The notes below the pieces were generated by a model. The model saw only the letters and a list, made by a program, of their open reading frames with translations, did no database searches and was not told where the DNA came from. 64,000 bases of DNA from Lama glama (taxonomy: Eukaryota). The position numbers were made by a program, and so were the translations under genes. Position 1 is the stretch's first letter, and every line of letters begins with the position of its first letter. Shown one piece after another: positions 1 through 14,399 of the stretch. The DNA is taken from positions 89,344,001-89,408,000 of the forward strand of contig CM052817.1 of NCBI GenBank assembly GCA_028534125.1, read 5' to 3'.

Positions 1-1499
1 GTGAGATGTGAAATTTTAGATGCTGAAAATCTCAGCCCGTTTATCAACCAGGTACCACTCTGTTAGCAGTAGAACTGGCATTTGCTAGCTTTCTTCTCAA
101 AAATTAAAATATTTTGTTTTTTTTTTTATAATCATGATTTAGAGCTGAGTGAGAGCATTTATAACCAAACAGAATTGTTTCAACCATTTCTCCGTATTTT
201 ATTTTGAATAAAATTCACTTTTCATGAACATCTTCCATAAGTATATTAATTCTTTTATGACTTAGTGGTTTTGTCATGGGAATAGAAACCCTGATCATAT
301 CATAAACATTGCTGATTTCTGAGCAGTTTACTGTCATTGAAATGGATAGATTCCAACATCACAACTTTAAACTCTGAGAAAAAATTACTATCTAATGCAA
401 AGCTCATTAATAGAGCATAACTGGAGAGAGGACTTCAAGATGGCAGCATAGGAAGACTCTAAACTCACTCCCATCCATAGACACAACAAATTTACAGCTA
501 TATACAGAATAATTTTCTTCTGGAAAGGACCTAAGAACTAGACGAACAGCAACTCTATAACAACAACAACACAACAACAACACAGAAGAGATGCACTGAG
601 AAGGGTAGGAGAGGCAGAAATATGGCCTTGCTTAGGACACCAGCCCAGACACGATGACCCCACAATTGGGAGGGATTCCAAAAATACAGAACTCTCCCTA
701 GTGGAGTGATAGGAGTGAGCCTCACATTAGGCACCCCACCCCTGGGAGCTGGCACCAAAAAGACAAGACCCCAAAACTTCTGGTTTTGACAATCAATGGG
801 GATTAAGAGCAGGAGATTTATAGAAAATGGGGTAAATGGAGATCTGCTGTTAAAGAGCTTGCAGGCAGAACTTTTGCCCTGAGATCCAGTGCAAAAGCAA
901 CAGATTGAAAAATGCCTAGGCAATAAGTGATTTTATTTTAAAGCAGCAGCCAAGAGGTAGGAACCTGCAGGGACTTTATCTGGAGATGGAAGTGTTGGCA
1001 ATGACATTTTTGCAGGATGCTAGCCTGCTGGGGACAGAGCTGAGGGGTGCTGTTTGGGGGGCCCTTTCTCTAGCTTATTAGCACTGGAGGTCAGGCTCTG
1101 ACCACCCATATTGTTATTGGCCCAAGTGAGAACCCTGTGCCACACTCACCCCAAGAAGCCCTGGAATCACAACCGGCCCAGGCAGTGCTCCAAGCCCTGC
1201 CTTCCCCACATATTGGACAAGCCACAGCCAAAATATGTAAGTACATTGAGTCTTGTCCTCCCTGCACAGCAGCCAGCCCACAACCAGACCAGGAGAGCAT
1301 CCTGAACTCCACCCTCGCTGTGCAGCAGCTGTGGCCCTATTACATCTGGCACAGCACACATTCCACACAAAGGACACGCATAGAGTACCTGGGTCTGGTG
1401 ATCAGGCGAAATTGTACTTTTTGGCCACACGGTACAGCACCTCCACAAGAATCTTTATTTAAGAATGATGGAGGTAGCTGTTTCACCTAATATATGTAG

Positions 1500-2415
1500 A
1501 GAAACAGAGAGATAGGTAAAATGAAGATGAATATGTTCCAAACCAAAGAATGAGCCAAATCTCCAGAAAAAGAATTTAATGAAATGGAGATAACCAACCT
1601 ACCTGATAAAGAGTTCAAAGTAATGGTCATAAAGATGCTCACTGATCTGGGGAGAAGAATAGAGGAACGCACCAAAAACTTCAACAAAAAGGTAGAAAAT
1701 AGAAGACAGAACCAAACAGAAGTTATAACTAAACTGAAAAAATATACTAGAGGGGATCAATAGCACAGTGAATGAAATGGAAGCATGAATCAATGAGCTA
1801 GAAGACAAAGCAATGGAAAATGTTCAGACAGAGAAGATAAATTTAAAAAGAATATTAAAAATTAAAGATACTTTCAGGGACCTTTGTGACAACATCAAGT
1901 GCTGTAACATTTAGATTATAGGGGTCCCAGAGGAGAAGAGAGATAGAGAAAGGACCAGAAAAATTATTTGAAGAAATAATGTCTGAAAACCTCCATACTC
2001 TGGGGAAGGAAACAGAGGTGCAGGTCCAGGAAATCCAGAACTTTCCAGATAAGACAAACCCAAAGAGAAACACACTGATACACATTCTAATTAAAATGGC
2101 AAATGATAAGGGTAAAGAGAGAGTCTCAAAAGCAGCAAGAAAAATGCAAGTTTTTATATTCTCAGGGAACGCCACAAGGCCATTAGCAGATTTTTCAGCA
2201 GATACTTTATAGGCAAGAAGGGAATGGTGTCACATATTCAAAGTGCTAAAAGTAAAAATTTCCAACCAGGATTGCTTGAGCTGGCAAAGTTACCATTCAG
2301 AATTGAAGGAAAGAGTAATAGTTTTCCAGATAAGGAAGAACTAAAAACGAAAAAAAGTTTATCACCACTAAACCAGCCTTAGAAGAAAGGTTAAAAGCAC
2401 ATCTCTCAGCTAAAA
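1500..2415 (+). pseudogene. L1 ORF1p remnant (frameshifts/stops)
   Basis: Translates to ORF1p-like segments, e.g. EFNEMEITNLPDKEFKVMVIKML and ENLHTLGKETEVQVQEIQ...ATRPLADFSADTL (ORF track 1979-2212). Boundaries approximate. Confidence 0.9.
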
Positions 2416-4459
2416 ATTAGGCATTAATTAATAATGAGAAAATATTACAAATAATTCACCAGAAAAAAAGTAAATAATTTAAAAAGATAGTGAATCATTC
2501 ACTTACAAAGAAAATATGAAAAGTAAAAGGAAAAAGTAGTAAAATTAATTAAAAATACAACAATTAATTAAGGAATACACAAAATAAAAAGAGTAAACTG
2601 TGTCATCAATAATATAAAATGTGGGACAGAGAAGTCAAAATATAAAGCTTTGAAATGTGTTGCTTTCAACTTAAAAATTAAGTTGCTATCAACTTTAAAA
2701 AGACTGTTATATGCACAGGATGTTACATGTGAACCTCATGATAACCACAAAGAAAAAGTAATATTGTAAATACACAAAACAAAATGAGAAAAGAATTGAA
2801 ACATAACAGTAGAGAAAACAATTTATGCACAAGGGGAGAAAGAAAGAAGAAAGAAGGAACAGAGGGGAACTACACAAAAATCCAGAAAACAATTAACAAA
2901 ATGGCAATAAGTACATGTCTAACAATAATTACCTTAAATGTATATGGGACAAAATTCTCCAGTCAAAAGGCAAGGGTGGCTGAATGGATAAAAAATTAAG
3001 ATCCTTCTATATGCTGCCAACAAGAGATTTATATCAAACCTAAAGGCATTCACAGACTAAAAGTGAAAGGATGAAAAAAGATGTACACACAAACAGAAAC
3101 AAACAAAAAAGGCTGGGGTAGCAATACTTATATTAGGCAAAACAGACTTTAAAACAAAGGCTATAACAGAAGATAAGAACATTACATGATGATAAAAAGG
3201 ATTAATCCAATAAGAAGATATAACATTTGTAAACAATTTTGTACTCAAAATGGGCACACCTACATATATAAAGCAAATATTAACACATTAAAAAGGGAGA
3301 AATAGCAATATAGTAATAGAAGGGTACTTTAATACCCAGCTTACATCTGACAGGTCACCCAGTCAGAAAATCAGTAAGAAAATATTGGCCTTGAACAATA
3401 CATTATACCAGATAGACTTAAAAGACATAAATAGCACATTACATCCAAAAACAACAGATTACATACTGTTTTCAAGTGCATGTGGAACAGTGTCCAGGAT
3501 AGGTCACATGTTAGACAATAAAACAAGTCTCAGTAAATTTAAGAATGAAATCGTATCAGGCGTCTTTTCTAACCACAACAGTATGGGAATAGAATCAACT
3601 ATTAGGAAAAAAAAACAAACTGCAAAATACATGGGAGGCTAAACAATATGTCACTAACCAACCAACTGGTCACTGAAGAAATCAAACAAGAAATCCAAAA
3701 ATACCTTGAGACAAATGAAAATGGAAACACAACATTCCAAAATCTTTGATACACAGCAAAAGCAGTTCAAAGAAGGAAGTTCATACCAATAAAGAATTAC
3801 CTCAAAACCAAGAAAAAGCTCAAAAAAACCCCAAAACAAAACCCCAAAACCAACCTAAGTTAACATTTAAAGGAATCAGAAAAGAAAGAACAAAGAAAGC
3901 ATAAAGTTAGTGGGAGAAAGGAAATAAAATTTGAGTGGGAATAAACGAAATGGACATAAGAAAACAAAAAAAAGAAAAGATCAGTAAAACTGAGAGCTTG
4001 TTCTTTGAAAAGATAAATCAAATCAACAAACATTAGCTAGACTCATCAAGAAAAAAAGAAAGCCCAAATAAATAAAATCATATATAAAAAGAAATTACAA
4101 TTAATATCACAGAAATACAAAGAATCAATAGAAAATACTATAAGGAACTATAAACCAACAAAGTAGACAACCTGAAAAAAATTCCTAGAAACATACAATC
4201 TTCCAAGACTAATCCATGAAGAAATAGAAAATACGAATATACTGATTACTAGCCATGGCATTCAATCAGTAATCAAAAAACTCTCAACAAACAAAAGTAC
4301 AGTTCCAGATGGCTTCAAAAGTGAATTCTACCAAACATTTAAAGAAGAACTAACACCGATCCTTCTCAAATTATACCACAGAAATGAAGAGAAAGAAACT
4401 TTCAAACTCATTTTATTAGGCCAGCTTTGCACTGATACCAAAACCAGGCAAAGACAAGT

Positions 4460-4496
<37 letters not shown>

Positions 4497-4497
4497 T
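4460..4497. repeat. (A)n(TA)n microsatellite inside L1 ORF2
   Basis: aaaaaaaaaaaaaaa followed by tatatata... read directly. Confidence 0.95.
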
Positions 4498-6471
4498 GCC
4501 AATATCACTGATGAACATAGATGCAAAAGTCCTCAACAAAACACTAGCAAACTTAATTGAACAACATTAAAAGGATCATACACCATGATCAAGTGGGATT
4601 CATGCCAGAGATACAAGAATGGTTTATTATCTACAAATGAATCAATGTGATGTAACGCATAACAAAATGAAGGATTAAAAACCATATAATCATCTCAGTA
4701 GATGCAGGAAAAGCATTTGACAAAATTCAACATGTTTTATAATAAAAACCTTCAACAAAGTGGGTATAGAAGGCACACACCTCAACAAATAAAGGCCATG
4801 TATGACATGATACCCAAAGGTGAAAAGCTGAAAGCTTTTCCTCTAAGATCAAGAATAAGATAAGGACATTGACTAACACCAATAAAATAGTATTTGAAGT
4901 CTTAGCCATGGCAAGTAGGCAAGACAAAGAAATAAAACATACCTAAATTGGAAAGAAAGACATAAAACTGTCACTATTTGCAAATGGCATGATACTATAT
5001 ACAGAAAACCCCAAAGACTCCACCAAAACTATTAGAACTGATACATGAATTCAGTAGTTAGCAGGATACAAAAATACATGTATCTGTTGCATTTCTATAC
5101 AATAACAATGAATCATCAGAAAGAGAAATCAAGAAAATAATCCCATTTGCAATTTCATCCAAAACAATAAAATATCTAGGAGTCAATTTAACCAAGTAGG
5201 TGAAAGAACTGCAGTCCAGAAAAAATACGATGTTGAGGAAAGAAACTGAAGTGAAAACAAATAAATAGAAAGATAAACCAAGTTTATGCATTGGAAGAAT
5301 TAATATTGTTAAAATGTCTCAGAGCAATCTATAGATTCAATGTAATTTCTCTAAAATACCCATGGCATTTTTCACAGCACTAGAAGAAATAATCCTAAAC
5401 TTTGTATGGAATCACAAAAGACCTCAAATAGCCAAAACAATCTTGAGAAAGAAGAACAAAGCTGGAGGTACTATGGTCCCAGACTTGAAACTATATTACA
5501 AAGTTAAAATAATCTAAATAGTATGGTACGGGCTCAAAAATAGACACATAGGTCATGGGACAGAATAGAGAGCCCAAAAATATAAATAGAGAGGGTTTAC
5601 AATGGAAATAAGAGTCTCTTCAATAAGTGGTGCTGGGAAAACGGGATCGCTACATTCAAAAACAATTAAAAAGGACTACTTTCTTACACCGTAAACAAAA
5701 ATATACTCAAAATGAATTAAAGACTTAAGTATAAGACCTGAAACCAGAAAACCCCTAGAAGAAAACATAGGCAGTATGCTCTCTGATAGAAGTCTTGGCA
5801 ATTTTTTTTGGATCTGTCTCCTTAGGCCAGGGCAACATTAAGCAAAAATAAACAAATGGGCTTACATCAAACCAAAAATATTTTCCACAGAGAAGAAAGC
5901 CATGAACAAAACAAAATGGTAACCTGCTGAATCAGAGAAGATATTTACAAGTGATATATTTAATAAGAGGAATGATACCAAAAATATAAAAATAACTCAT
6001 ATAATTCAATATCAAAAACTGATTAAAAATAGGTTAGCGGACCTGAAGAGACATTTTTTCAGAGAAGGCATACAGCTGGCCAGCAGTCACATGAAAAGAT
6101 GCTCAACATCACTGACCATCCAGAAAATGCATATCAAAACCAAAATGAGACATCACCTCACATCTGTCAGAATGGCTATTATCAAAAGGGCAAGAAACAA
6201 GTGTTGACGAGAATGTGGAGGAAAAGAAAACTTCTTGCACTGTTGGTGGGATTTGGTACAGCCACTACTGAGTATCCAAAAAAATTTAAAATGCAATCAT
6301 CATATGATCCAGCAATTCCACTTCTGGTTATTTATTCAAAGAAAACAAAAGCACTGATTTTAAAAGATATATGTACCCCTATGTTTACTGCAGCAACATT
6401 TTTTATTATAACCACTATGTGGAAGCAACCTAAGTGTCCACTGATAGATGAATGGGACAAAGAAGAAGGGA

Positions 6472-6474
<3 letters not shown>

Positions 6475-6508
<34 letters not shown>
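6475..6508. repeat. (GT)17 microsatellite inside L1 3' region
   Basis: Perfect GT run. Confidence 0.97.
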
Positions 6509-6511
<3 letters not shown>

Positions 6512-7119
6512 GGCAATCTGCTTAGCCATCCATGTAAAAGAATGAAATCTTGCCATTTGTGACAACATGGATGGTCCAGAGGATATTATGTTAAATGAAA
6601 TAAGGCAGAGAAAGACGAATACCATGTGACTTCACTTATCTGTGGTATCTAAAACACAAAACAAATGAAGAAATAATACAAAACAGAAATGGACTTACAG
6701 AGAATAAACTAGTGGTTGCCAGAACTGAGAGGAATAGGGGGCTGGATGAAGTGGGTGAAAGAGATTAAAAGGCACAAACTTTCAGTTATAAAATAAGTAA
6801 GTCATGGGGATGTAATGTACAGCGTAAGGAATGTAGCCAATAATACTGTAATTACTTTGTAAGGTGACAGATGGTAACTAGGCTTATCATGATGATTATT
6901 TTATAGTATATATAAATATTGACTCACTGTGTTATACACCTAAAAATAATGTAGTATTTTATGTTAATTGTAACTCAATAAAAAATAAAATAAAGAGCAT
7001 AATTGGAATTTTTGCAGAGAAGAGTGTGGAGTACTTTCTCTAATTCAATTCTGACATGACATAATATTAATACTGGTCATAATTAATCAATTATCCAAAC
7101 AACAAATATTTATAAGGCA

Positions 7120-7265
7120 GTATGTTGTGGTAACAAATGAAAGGTAAGGTGCCGGTGTCTGGAAGATCTTGTTTTAAAATTTATCTTTGGCACTTTCAGT
7201 TATGTAAATTTCAGCAATTGGTTTAAAATCTCTATGCTTAAATCTTAATCAGCCATCAAATGATT
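7120..7265 (+). mobile_element. MIR SINE remnant
   Basis: Degenerate MIR core (gaagatcttgttttaaaat...tatgtaaatttcagcaattggtttaaaatctctatgctt). Confidence 0.5.
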
Positions 7266-8154
7266 TCAATCTGAAACAAAGCCTGGCCTGTAGAAGCTAA
7301 TTCTTCTCAGCAATAGAGGCAAGAATGGAATAAAATGCTTTCCCTCATATTTTTCTTAAGGTCCTATTTTTTAACAAGAGGAAAAAGAAGAAAAAAGTGG
7401 AAAATCATCAGTATTAAGTGAATTAGATGATCATTTAGGATCATGCCCATTTCTGTTAGCTAAGATTTGTCCAGCCATAAATGTTGTCTTTGCTGTCCCC
7501 TATTCACCTTCTCCCCTGACTCACTTGAGCTAACTGACATAGATTTCTCATAATATGAGAAACTTCAAGTCAGATAAAAGTAATATTATCACACTAGAAA
7601 AAACTAACCCAATCTTTTATTTACTACAGAATTCCCACTAGGTCACTTGGAACAAACAGTAACCAGAAACATTTGTATTGTCTTTAATACCATGTAGATA
7701 TGAAGAAAGTAAATTCCTACCATCTAAATCCCAGAATCACTGCACTTCCCTAGGCTGGATATATGATTAAATGTTCACATTTATTTAAGGATCCCTGACA
7801 ATTTACTCTATTTTTCCTTTACTATATGTTAATATACACTCACATTAGCATAACCAGAAGGTGGCATCATCCTGTAGATCTGTCTAATTGTGTGTGTCAG
7901 CACATGTATGTTAGTAAATCCCTTGTTTCTTTTACATGTTTGATTTACAGAGAAACACTGAAATTTTTCTGGATAACTGGAAAATATTGACTTGGTAAAT
8001 TCTAAGGTCTTATTTTCAGACACTTGTTCAGTATACGAATTATATCCATGTAAAGTACATACTTGGCAGAATTCCATTCATTAAGACCTATCAAAGCATA
8101 AAGGACATAAGCTTTTTCTCAAAAAAAAAAAAAACTATACTACTGCAAAAAGTT

Positions 8155-8582
8155 CAGGGAAACTTGCTGCCAAAAGAGCCACCAAAATACAATGGCTTTA
8201 ATATGATGAAAATGTATTATTCTCTCAAGTAACCAGCTTGATATGAGTGGTCCAGGTTGGCAGAGTGGTATGGCTGTCCTCTCTATATAACTTCTGAGTG
8301 TGTCCCATCCATCACTATTTCCAGGTAATAGAAAGGGCAGGGAAAGTAAATGAAGAATAAGTAATTTCCTTTCAAGCATGTGGCATGATAGCAACATACA
8401 TCACTTCTGCTCATATTCCTTTTTTGACAAATTAGCCACATGACTTTATCCAGCTGCATGGGAGGCGGTGAAATGTAAACCTTATTTGTGTGGCCATGTG
8501 CTATGCTAACACATAGGGGTTCTGTTTCCAATAGGAGGAAAGCGTGAAATGGTACAGAGGGTATTTAGCTTTCTATGAAACA
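8155..8582 (-). mobile_element. MaLR LTR (old MLT1J/K-like)
   Basis: ccaaaatacaatggcttta... and catcacttctgctcatattcc...attagccacatgac match recalled MLT1 consensus (reverse). Confidence 0.7.
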
Positions 8583-8779
8583 CTCACCATACTTAGAAAC
8601 ACTACTTACTCTCAGAGTTTAGAAAAAGCATATATGTGTTTATGCATGTGTGTGCACATGTGCATAGGTATGTGTGTGTGTGTGAGTTTCTATTATCTCT
8701 ATTTTAGACTTGACACCAAATGAATTAAGTTGAAAAAATGTCATAATCTCCATTTAGCTCTCTACCTAATGTGAGATAT

Positions 8780-9090
8780 TTCAGTCTATATTCACAGGAA
8801 ACAAATTCTGAAAAGGGTATTTGGGTAGAGGAAGGTATTGGGAAGTGCCCTCACAAGCAACAACATTAATGATGAGAGGAAGGGTTGGGCAGAAATAAAA
8901 ACTTATCTGTGATGCAGTGCCAGGGCAAGTCAATCCCATAGGGAGCCTTGAAATTCAGATGGTCTTACAGGGTTGTCTTACATGAGACAGGGGGCTGCGC
9001 TTTTAAACTCCATATCAACCAACTATTGGATGTGGATAACCCCCCAGGGAGGAGCATACCATGGTTGTCAGTTCCCTGTGGGGAAAGATA
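8780..9090 (-). mobile_element. ERVL LTR fragment (LTR16-like)
   Basis: caggaaacaaattctga...gatgcag...caatcccatagggagccttga...ggttgtc...attggatgtgg resembles the LTR16 family. Confidence 0.6.
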
Positions 9091-9102
9091 AATAGTAGAG
9101 AC

Positions 9103-9458
9103 TGTCTTAGCCATTTGGGGCTGCTATAAAAAGTCGCATATACTGGCTTATAAAGAGCAGAAACTTACTGCTTATAGTTCTGGAGTCTGGAAGCCTGATA
9201 TGAGGGTGAAGATGCTGTTTAGGGTTGAGAGTGCCAATTTCTCATTATATATGAGGACACAGTGGAGAGCTAGAGCAGAGAGGGGAAGCAAGCTCTCTCA
9301 CTGCTCTTGTAAGGACAATAATTCCATTTATGAGAGCCATCCTCATGACCTCATCTAATCCTAGTTACCTCTCCAAGGCTCCACCTTGTGAAACCATCAC
9401 ACTGGGGAGCTGGGCTTCAACATGTGAATTGGGGGGGACCCAAACATTCAGTGTAACC
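9103..9458 (-). mobile_element. MaLR LTR (MLT1A-like)
   Basis: tgtcttagcc...ggctgctata...atagttctggag...ccatcctcatgacctcatctaatcctagttacctc...caacatgtgaatt...caaacattca. Confidence 0.85.
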
Positions 9459-10654
9459 TTCCTAAGAGATGAAAAAATGAAAGTGCTTGTGGTAGAGAGG
9501 AGTGGTGAGTGCTAAATAACCAGATGGCAAGAATTGGAACAATATAAGAAAATGTTTCATTGTGATTCTAGGACTAATTATATCTGAACAATCCAGATAT
9601 ACTATAATGCTCCTCTTAAGCATATCTCATTGCACCTCAGATAGGAAGGGGCAAGTGTGGTCTTAACTCAAATAGGACAACCAACAAATCTTGGGATAGT
9701 TTCCAATATTCTCTTCTTTCTTCCCCAGAAAAGGATGCTATTTAACTAATGCTACACAGAAGATTGAAGTGCACATACTTTCCCTCCCCCATGCATCCCT
9801 GTCAGGAACTTGGAGGAGGACATTAGCTTGTACAAAGAACAAAAGATATTGTGTTTATTCGAGTTGTATCTGAACTTCTCTTTAAGAAATTTACATTTAC
9901 TCATGAAGAATAAAGGCAAATACTTTGCTTAGAACATTCTTTGTTTCTCAAGGGAACCATGACAACCAATTACACATTAATTCCTATCCATCCCTTTTGT
10001 AATTATTTTTGTTATATAATACCTTAGTACCAATTTGATTGTACCTAGTATATATGGAAATTATCTCAGCATTTGTAAAGTCTGCTTTTCTTGTATCATC
10101 ATTTGGAATTAATTTTAAAATGGAAAAAAATCCATGAATCTCTGTTTAATCTTTAATCCTATCTGGAGGAATAGCAGTAACATTTCCATTTCTGCATTAC
10201 TGGCATACAAACCTAGAAATACCTTCAATAACAGTTGGTGTGTTATCCTCTATATTCTTCCTCCCATCTCTACTCATATTGGTACTTAACTTTTGGGCAA
10301 GAGTCATGTAAATGCCAAAAGACAGAAGATGCATATTCAAAGCAGATACATTAGGGAAACTTACAGGCAGAAGTGTGGTTAAAAGTGCATGCCACAAGTC
10401 CTTCATCTCTCAGTATCTTATGGAGAGGAAGCTTGGCTTTATCCTCAGAAAGAGAAAATGTTCTGCCACTTTGTAAATTCATAGAGGAAATGAATGTCAA
10501 CATGGATTACCAGGGGCTGTTGGAAGCCCCAGAACTGGGCAGTAGAGGCTACAGCCTATTTTCTGACATCTCTTATTGAGGGAATGGGTACATTCGTATC
10601 ATCACTGGATTCATCTTAAGGCCTTTCAACCCTCCCTGACAAGTCAGCTGTTTT

Positions 10655-10920
10655 TCACTCCAGCCTTACTGATATACAATTGACATACAATACTGTGTAA
10701 GCTTAAGGTGTACTGTTAATATAACACACACTCATACGTTCACACACACACACCCCAACACACACACACACACCATATCTAGATGTAGGTATATAGCAAT
10801 ATGATTACCACCTTAGCTAGCTGACACCGCTATCATGTCGCGTAAGTACTATTTCTTTTTTGTGGTAAGAACATTTAAGCTCTACTCTCTTAGTAACATT
10901 CAAGTATATGATACAGCAAG
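10655..10920 (-). mobile_element. L1 3'UTR fragment (L1MA9-like) with internal (CA)n at about 10724-10772
   Basis: tatacaattgacatacaatactgtgtaag...gtaagaacatttaag.tctactctcttagtaac is the reverse complement of an L1 3' end. Confidence 0.8.
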
Positions 10921-11049
10921 TTAGCTCTTTAAGAAAGCACAATCAAGGCCATCTGTCAGAAACACAGACTTGCTCTTTTCATAAGTAGAGAAAGATGGTT
11001 GAACACAACTTTCCATAGTACACGTCAAAATGCAATGGCACTAAGATCT

Positions 11050-11350
11050 CCATTCTGAAATTTGAATATGGGTGGAATATTAGATAACATAGAGAATCAT
11101 TATTAATTTTGCTAGTGTGCAAATGGCATTGTTTTATATAAGAAAATGTCCTTACTTTTAGTGATACATACTGAAATACTTAGGAATAAACTATCATGAT
11201 GTAGGACCTTATGTTAAAATACTTCACAAAAAATACCTCAAGCAATTTGGCAAATGTAAGCAGTTGTTTAGCTAGATGGAATGTACATGCATGTTCACTC
11301 TATGATTCTATTGTCTGTATTCAAAATATTTCATAATATGTTTAAAATTA
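11050..11350 (+). mobile_element. Ancient L1 (L1ME/L1MC-like) 3'UTR fragment
   Basis: atggcattgttttatataagaaaatgtcctta...atacatactgaaatacttagg...tctgtattcaaaatatttcataat. Confidence 0.7.
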
Positions 11351-14300
11351 AAACACATTCTTATACAATCACTGTGCATCTTTATAAAATTCAATCAATG
11401 TGGAGAAAAATGTGTGTGGTGGCAAGAATACTCCTTATCTCAGGAGACTTTTTACCATCTTAGGTAGATCTGTTCCTAACTGGTAGCTTCTTTTTACCTT
11501 TCATTATAGCAAGATCAATTTTCCAGTCCAGATACTTGAAATGTATCCTCTAAATTGCCATTATACTTTCTTCTCTCTTTCGTAATCATCTGCTCCTTAT
11601 ATATAGCTGTAAGAATAGTTGTCTACATGTTACTGCACTTTGGGGAGATGGGTATTTAATTGTTCCCTGCTCATTTATACAATTGAGGCACAATTAGTAT
11701 AGAAAATACTTGAATTTTTATTGCCTCAGGCACTGTGGAAGGAACAAAAAGAACTAAACCTTATCTTAAATTTAAAACTTAGCTAATGATTCAATGCAAT
11801 GTGTAAATATATCAAATGAATAACATTTATGTGACCTCTTAACTGTCATAAAATAGGTAACATAATGATTACAAACAGATTTGATATTAAGCACATACTC
11901 TTTGCATCATTTGTAAAAGTATTTCCCAAATACATGGAGGAAGAAAAATTGGGGGACTTATTCAAGGAGTTTCCAAGACATTCAGCTTGTCTAACATAAA
12001 AAATAATAGTATCATTATAAGAAAAGACATGCATAAAAATTCAGAGTCCAGCTAACTCTTCCTTAGAAAACAAATAACAACGTGTTTTGAATGGCAAAAG
12101 TCCTTTTCCTTTTTAAATACTTTTATTTTCATGATGATCCAAATTGAGGTAATTCATGCTCAGCTGCCAGAATCAAGCAGGAGGAAAAAAACCCTCACTT
12201 AAAAACTCAGTAGGATCCTGAACCCTTTACAAACAAGTTCAATAAAATGCATATTAATCCACTGCAAAATAGAGATCATACTTGGTCAACATTCTCTAAT
12301 AATGACTCTAAATATATGAGTATCTTCACATCAATTTTTCTTTTTCAGCTCTTTTTGTTCTCAATACGAAGTGACTTCTCTTTCTTTTTAAGATTTAGTA
12401 TGTCAACCACAGTCTGCTCCATTACACAAAGATGCCTGGTTACTTGAAAGACTTTGATACATCTGTGCTATTCCCTGTGTGCTGACATATGTCTACTTGC
12501 AACAGAGAAAAGAAACTTCAAGGATGAGCTCCACTTATTTCGGTAATTGGTATTCCAGCCTGCTAGTTCAGATGGATTATTGTTAGTGAGATAGGCAGCT
12601 AACATTAATGTCAAATTAACATAAACTATAAGGATGATAGTATGCTGGAATTTGCATAATTTTCATCAGAATCTAAAAGCTTTTGAAATTGATTCTCAAG
12701 GACTAATAAAGACATATTAGTTTACTTACTACAACATTTTTGGGACGTTATTTAAAATGTCACATTCTAATTTTAAGTCAGTGATCTGCAACTTAGGATA
12801 ATGGACAATATATGAATTTTAGACACAAATTAAATAAGTTATGTGAAAATATGAACCCCAAAGTTATTAATCAGCCTGTGGACAAAGGAGCACCATTTCT
12901 TTGATTCTTTAAATGTATAATGCCACTTAAAATTCAATCCCTTGTTAATATCATCCTAAAAATTTATTGTGTACATTCTCAGGTGCCTTAATGCAGTCTG
13001 TTCAGTGATTCAAAGTCAAATGTTAATGGCTCTATTCCAAAGTCTTAAAAAAAAAAAAAATTCTGCCGTATGTGTGATTTCATTCCAAGAGAAAAACTTT
13101 TGAGAAAGTTAAAACTGTTCATATTTTAAAATTTTTTCTGTTATGTCAAAACAGAAACGCATGAAAAGACATATGGCACATAAGCATAGAACATCCCCAT
13201 CCCTGGCCTGTTTGGCTTTGGAGTTGTTCCTCTAAACAGATTATCACTTATCAGCTGTGAAGGTGAAGATATGAGCTCCTCGAAGCAGGGAAACTGGTTT
13301 CTCTTATAGGTGTCCTGCCTGCCTGAATTCTGCATTCTCTAAGTGTCTTCCACATGAGATCTGTTTTGCTAACCCCATAAGAAAGTTATCAGTATACCCA
13401 CCACCCAAAGCGCCATTATACCTAAGCACCAACTATACCACAGCTTTTAGCACACCTCCTTCCTCTCTTGTACCGTCTTTTACAGCAAACCCCAGAAGAT
13501 AATCATAGTTGCTCAAAATGGGGAGAATTTCACCTTCTATGTACACTGTGGTGTACTATGAACACATTATTATAAATCTTATTTAAGAGGTTGAATATAT
13601 GTGCAATGTAACTAACCAAAGCTTTGGTTTTCCCTAAACTAATGAAAAAAAGGGAAAAAACTAGAGATGTACACAAATTTTAGTTTAACTTATCAAGAAA
13701 ATCTTAGTCAGTATTAGAGAGTTAGATCTCAGACATGGCTAGGCATCATACTGTTGGTAATTGTTGTTACAAATACTTATTTTGTTATGAATAATCAAAG
13801 AACATAAGCTTGTCTGGGCACAGCTGAAAGGTAATCTTGTTTACTTGAGACACCTTTCAGAACAACTTCTTTGGATACAGAGAAAAAGCACTGGTTCCAG
13901 TTCTAGCTCTCCAGTGTGGTAGCTGTGCAACCCTGGCCAGCCATATATTTTTATCAGATCCTTCATAGCAAGATAATAATAAGATAAAAGAATAAAGTAA
14001 TAATAAGATAAAAGAACTTGCCCTGTTTGCTGTCAAGAGTTATTGGGGAGTTCTGGCAAGAATCATTTTCCCTTCCTCATTCTGAAATCACACAGGCATA
14101 CTCTATTTTGAATGAGAGAAGCAAACAAATTCAATTCACTAAATACAGAGAGGTAGGCAGTACAGAGCCTGAGATACCAGAAAAAACAGCAAAAGTATCC
14201 TTTCTGAAGGGGAGGGGCTTCCCCAGAAAGAAAAAAATTCTACTTCCTTTTTTAGCAATTGTGCTGCATATAATAATGCAAAATTAGGTAACTGCAGTGA

Positions 14301-14399
14301 GTAAGAGCGAGTAGGAACTGTATTAAACATTTTTTTCCAGAGAAGCATGGAAGGCAAGGCCAAACACACATGCAGAAAATTCATTTCTACAAGAAGCTA

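Larger units (their letters stand above)
2901..6620 (+). pseudogene. L1 ORF2p remnant (endonuclease, RT, C-terminal), disrupted
   Basis: Starts MAISTCLTIITLNVYG (EN N-terminus). RT FADD motif mutated to FANG at 4977-4988. C-terminal YDPAIPLL...ICTPMFTAA...WKQPKCP. Many stops and indels. Confidence 0.93.
426..6993 (+). mobile_element. Full-length, inactivated LINE-1 (about 6.6 kb; L1MA9-like 3'UTR)
   Basis: 5' end GACTTCAAGATGGC (YY1-type L1 start), about 1.1 kb 5'UTR, ORF1 and ORF2 remnants, 3'UTR ending in AATAAA/A-rich tail. Flanked by TSD AGAGCATAACTGGA (412-425) and AGAGCATAATTGGA (6994-7007). Confidence 0.97.

Noticed and set aside
555..1490. Cluster of overlapping 60-120 aa ORFs
   Set aside because: GC-richer L1 5'UTR; no recognisable protein
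12390..12560. Exon-like unique sequence with ag...ggtaat boundaries
   Set aside because: Stops in all three plus-strand frames; no recognisable product
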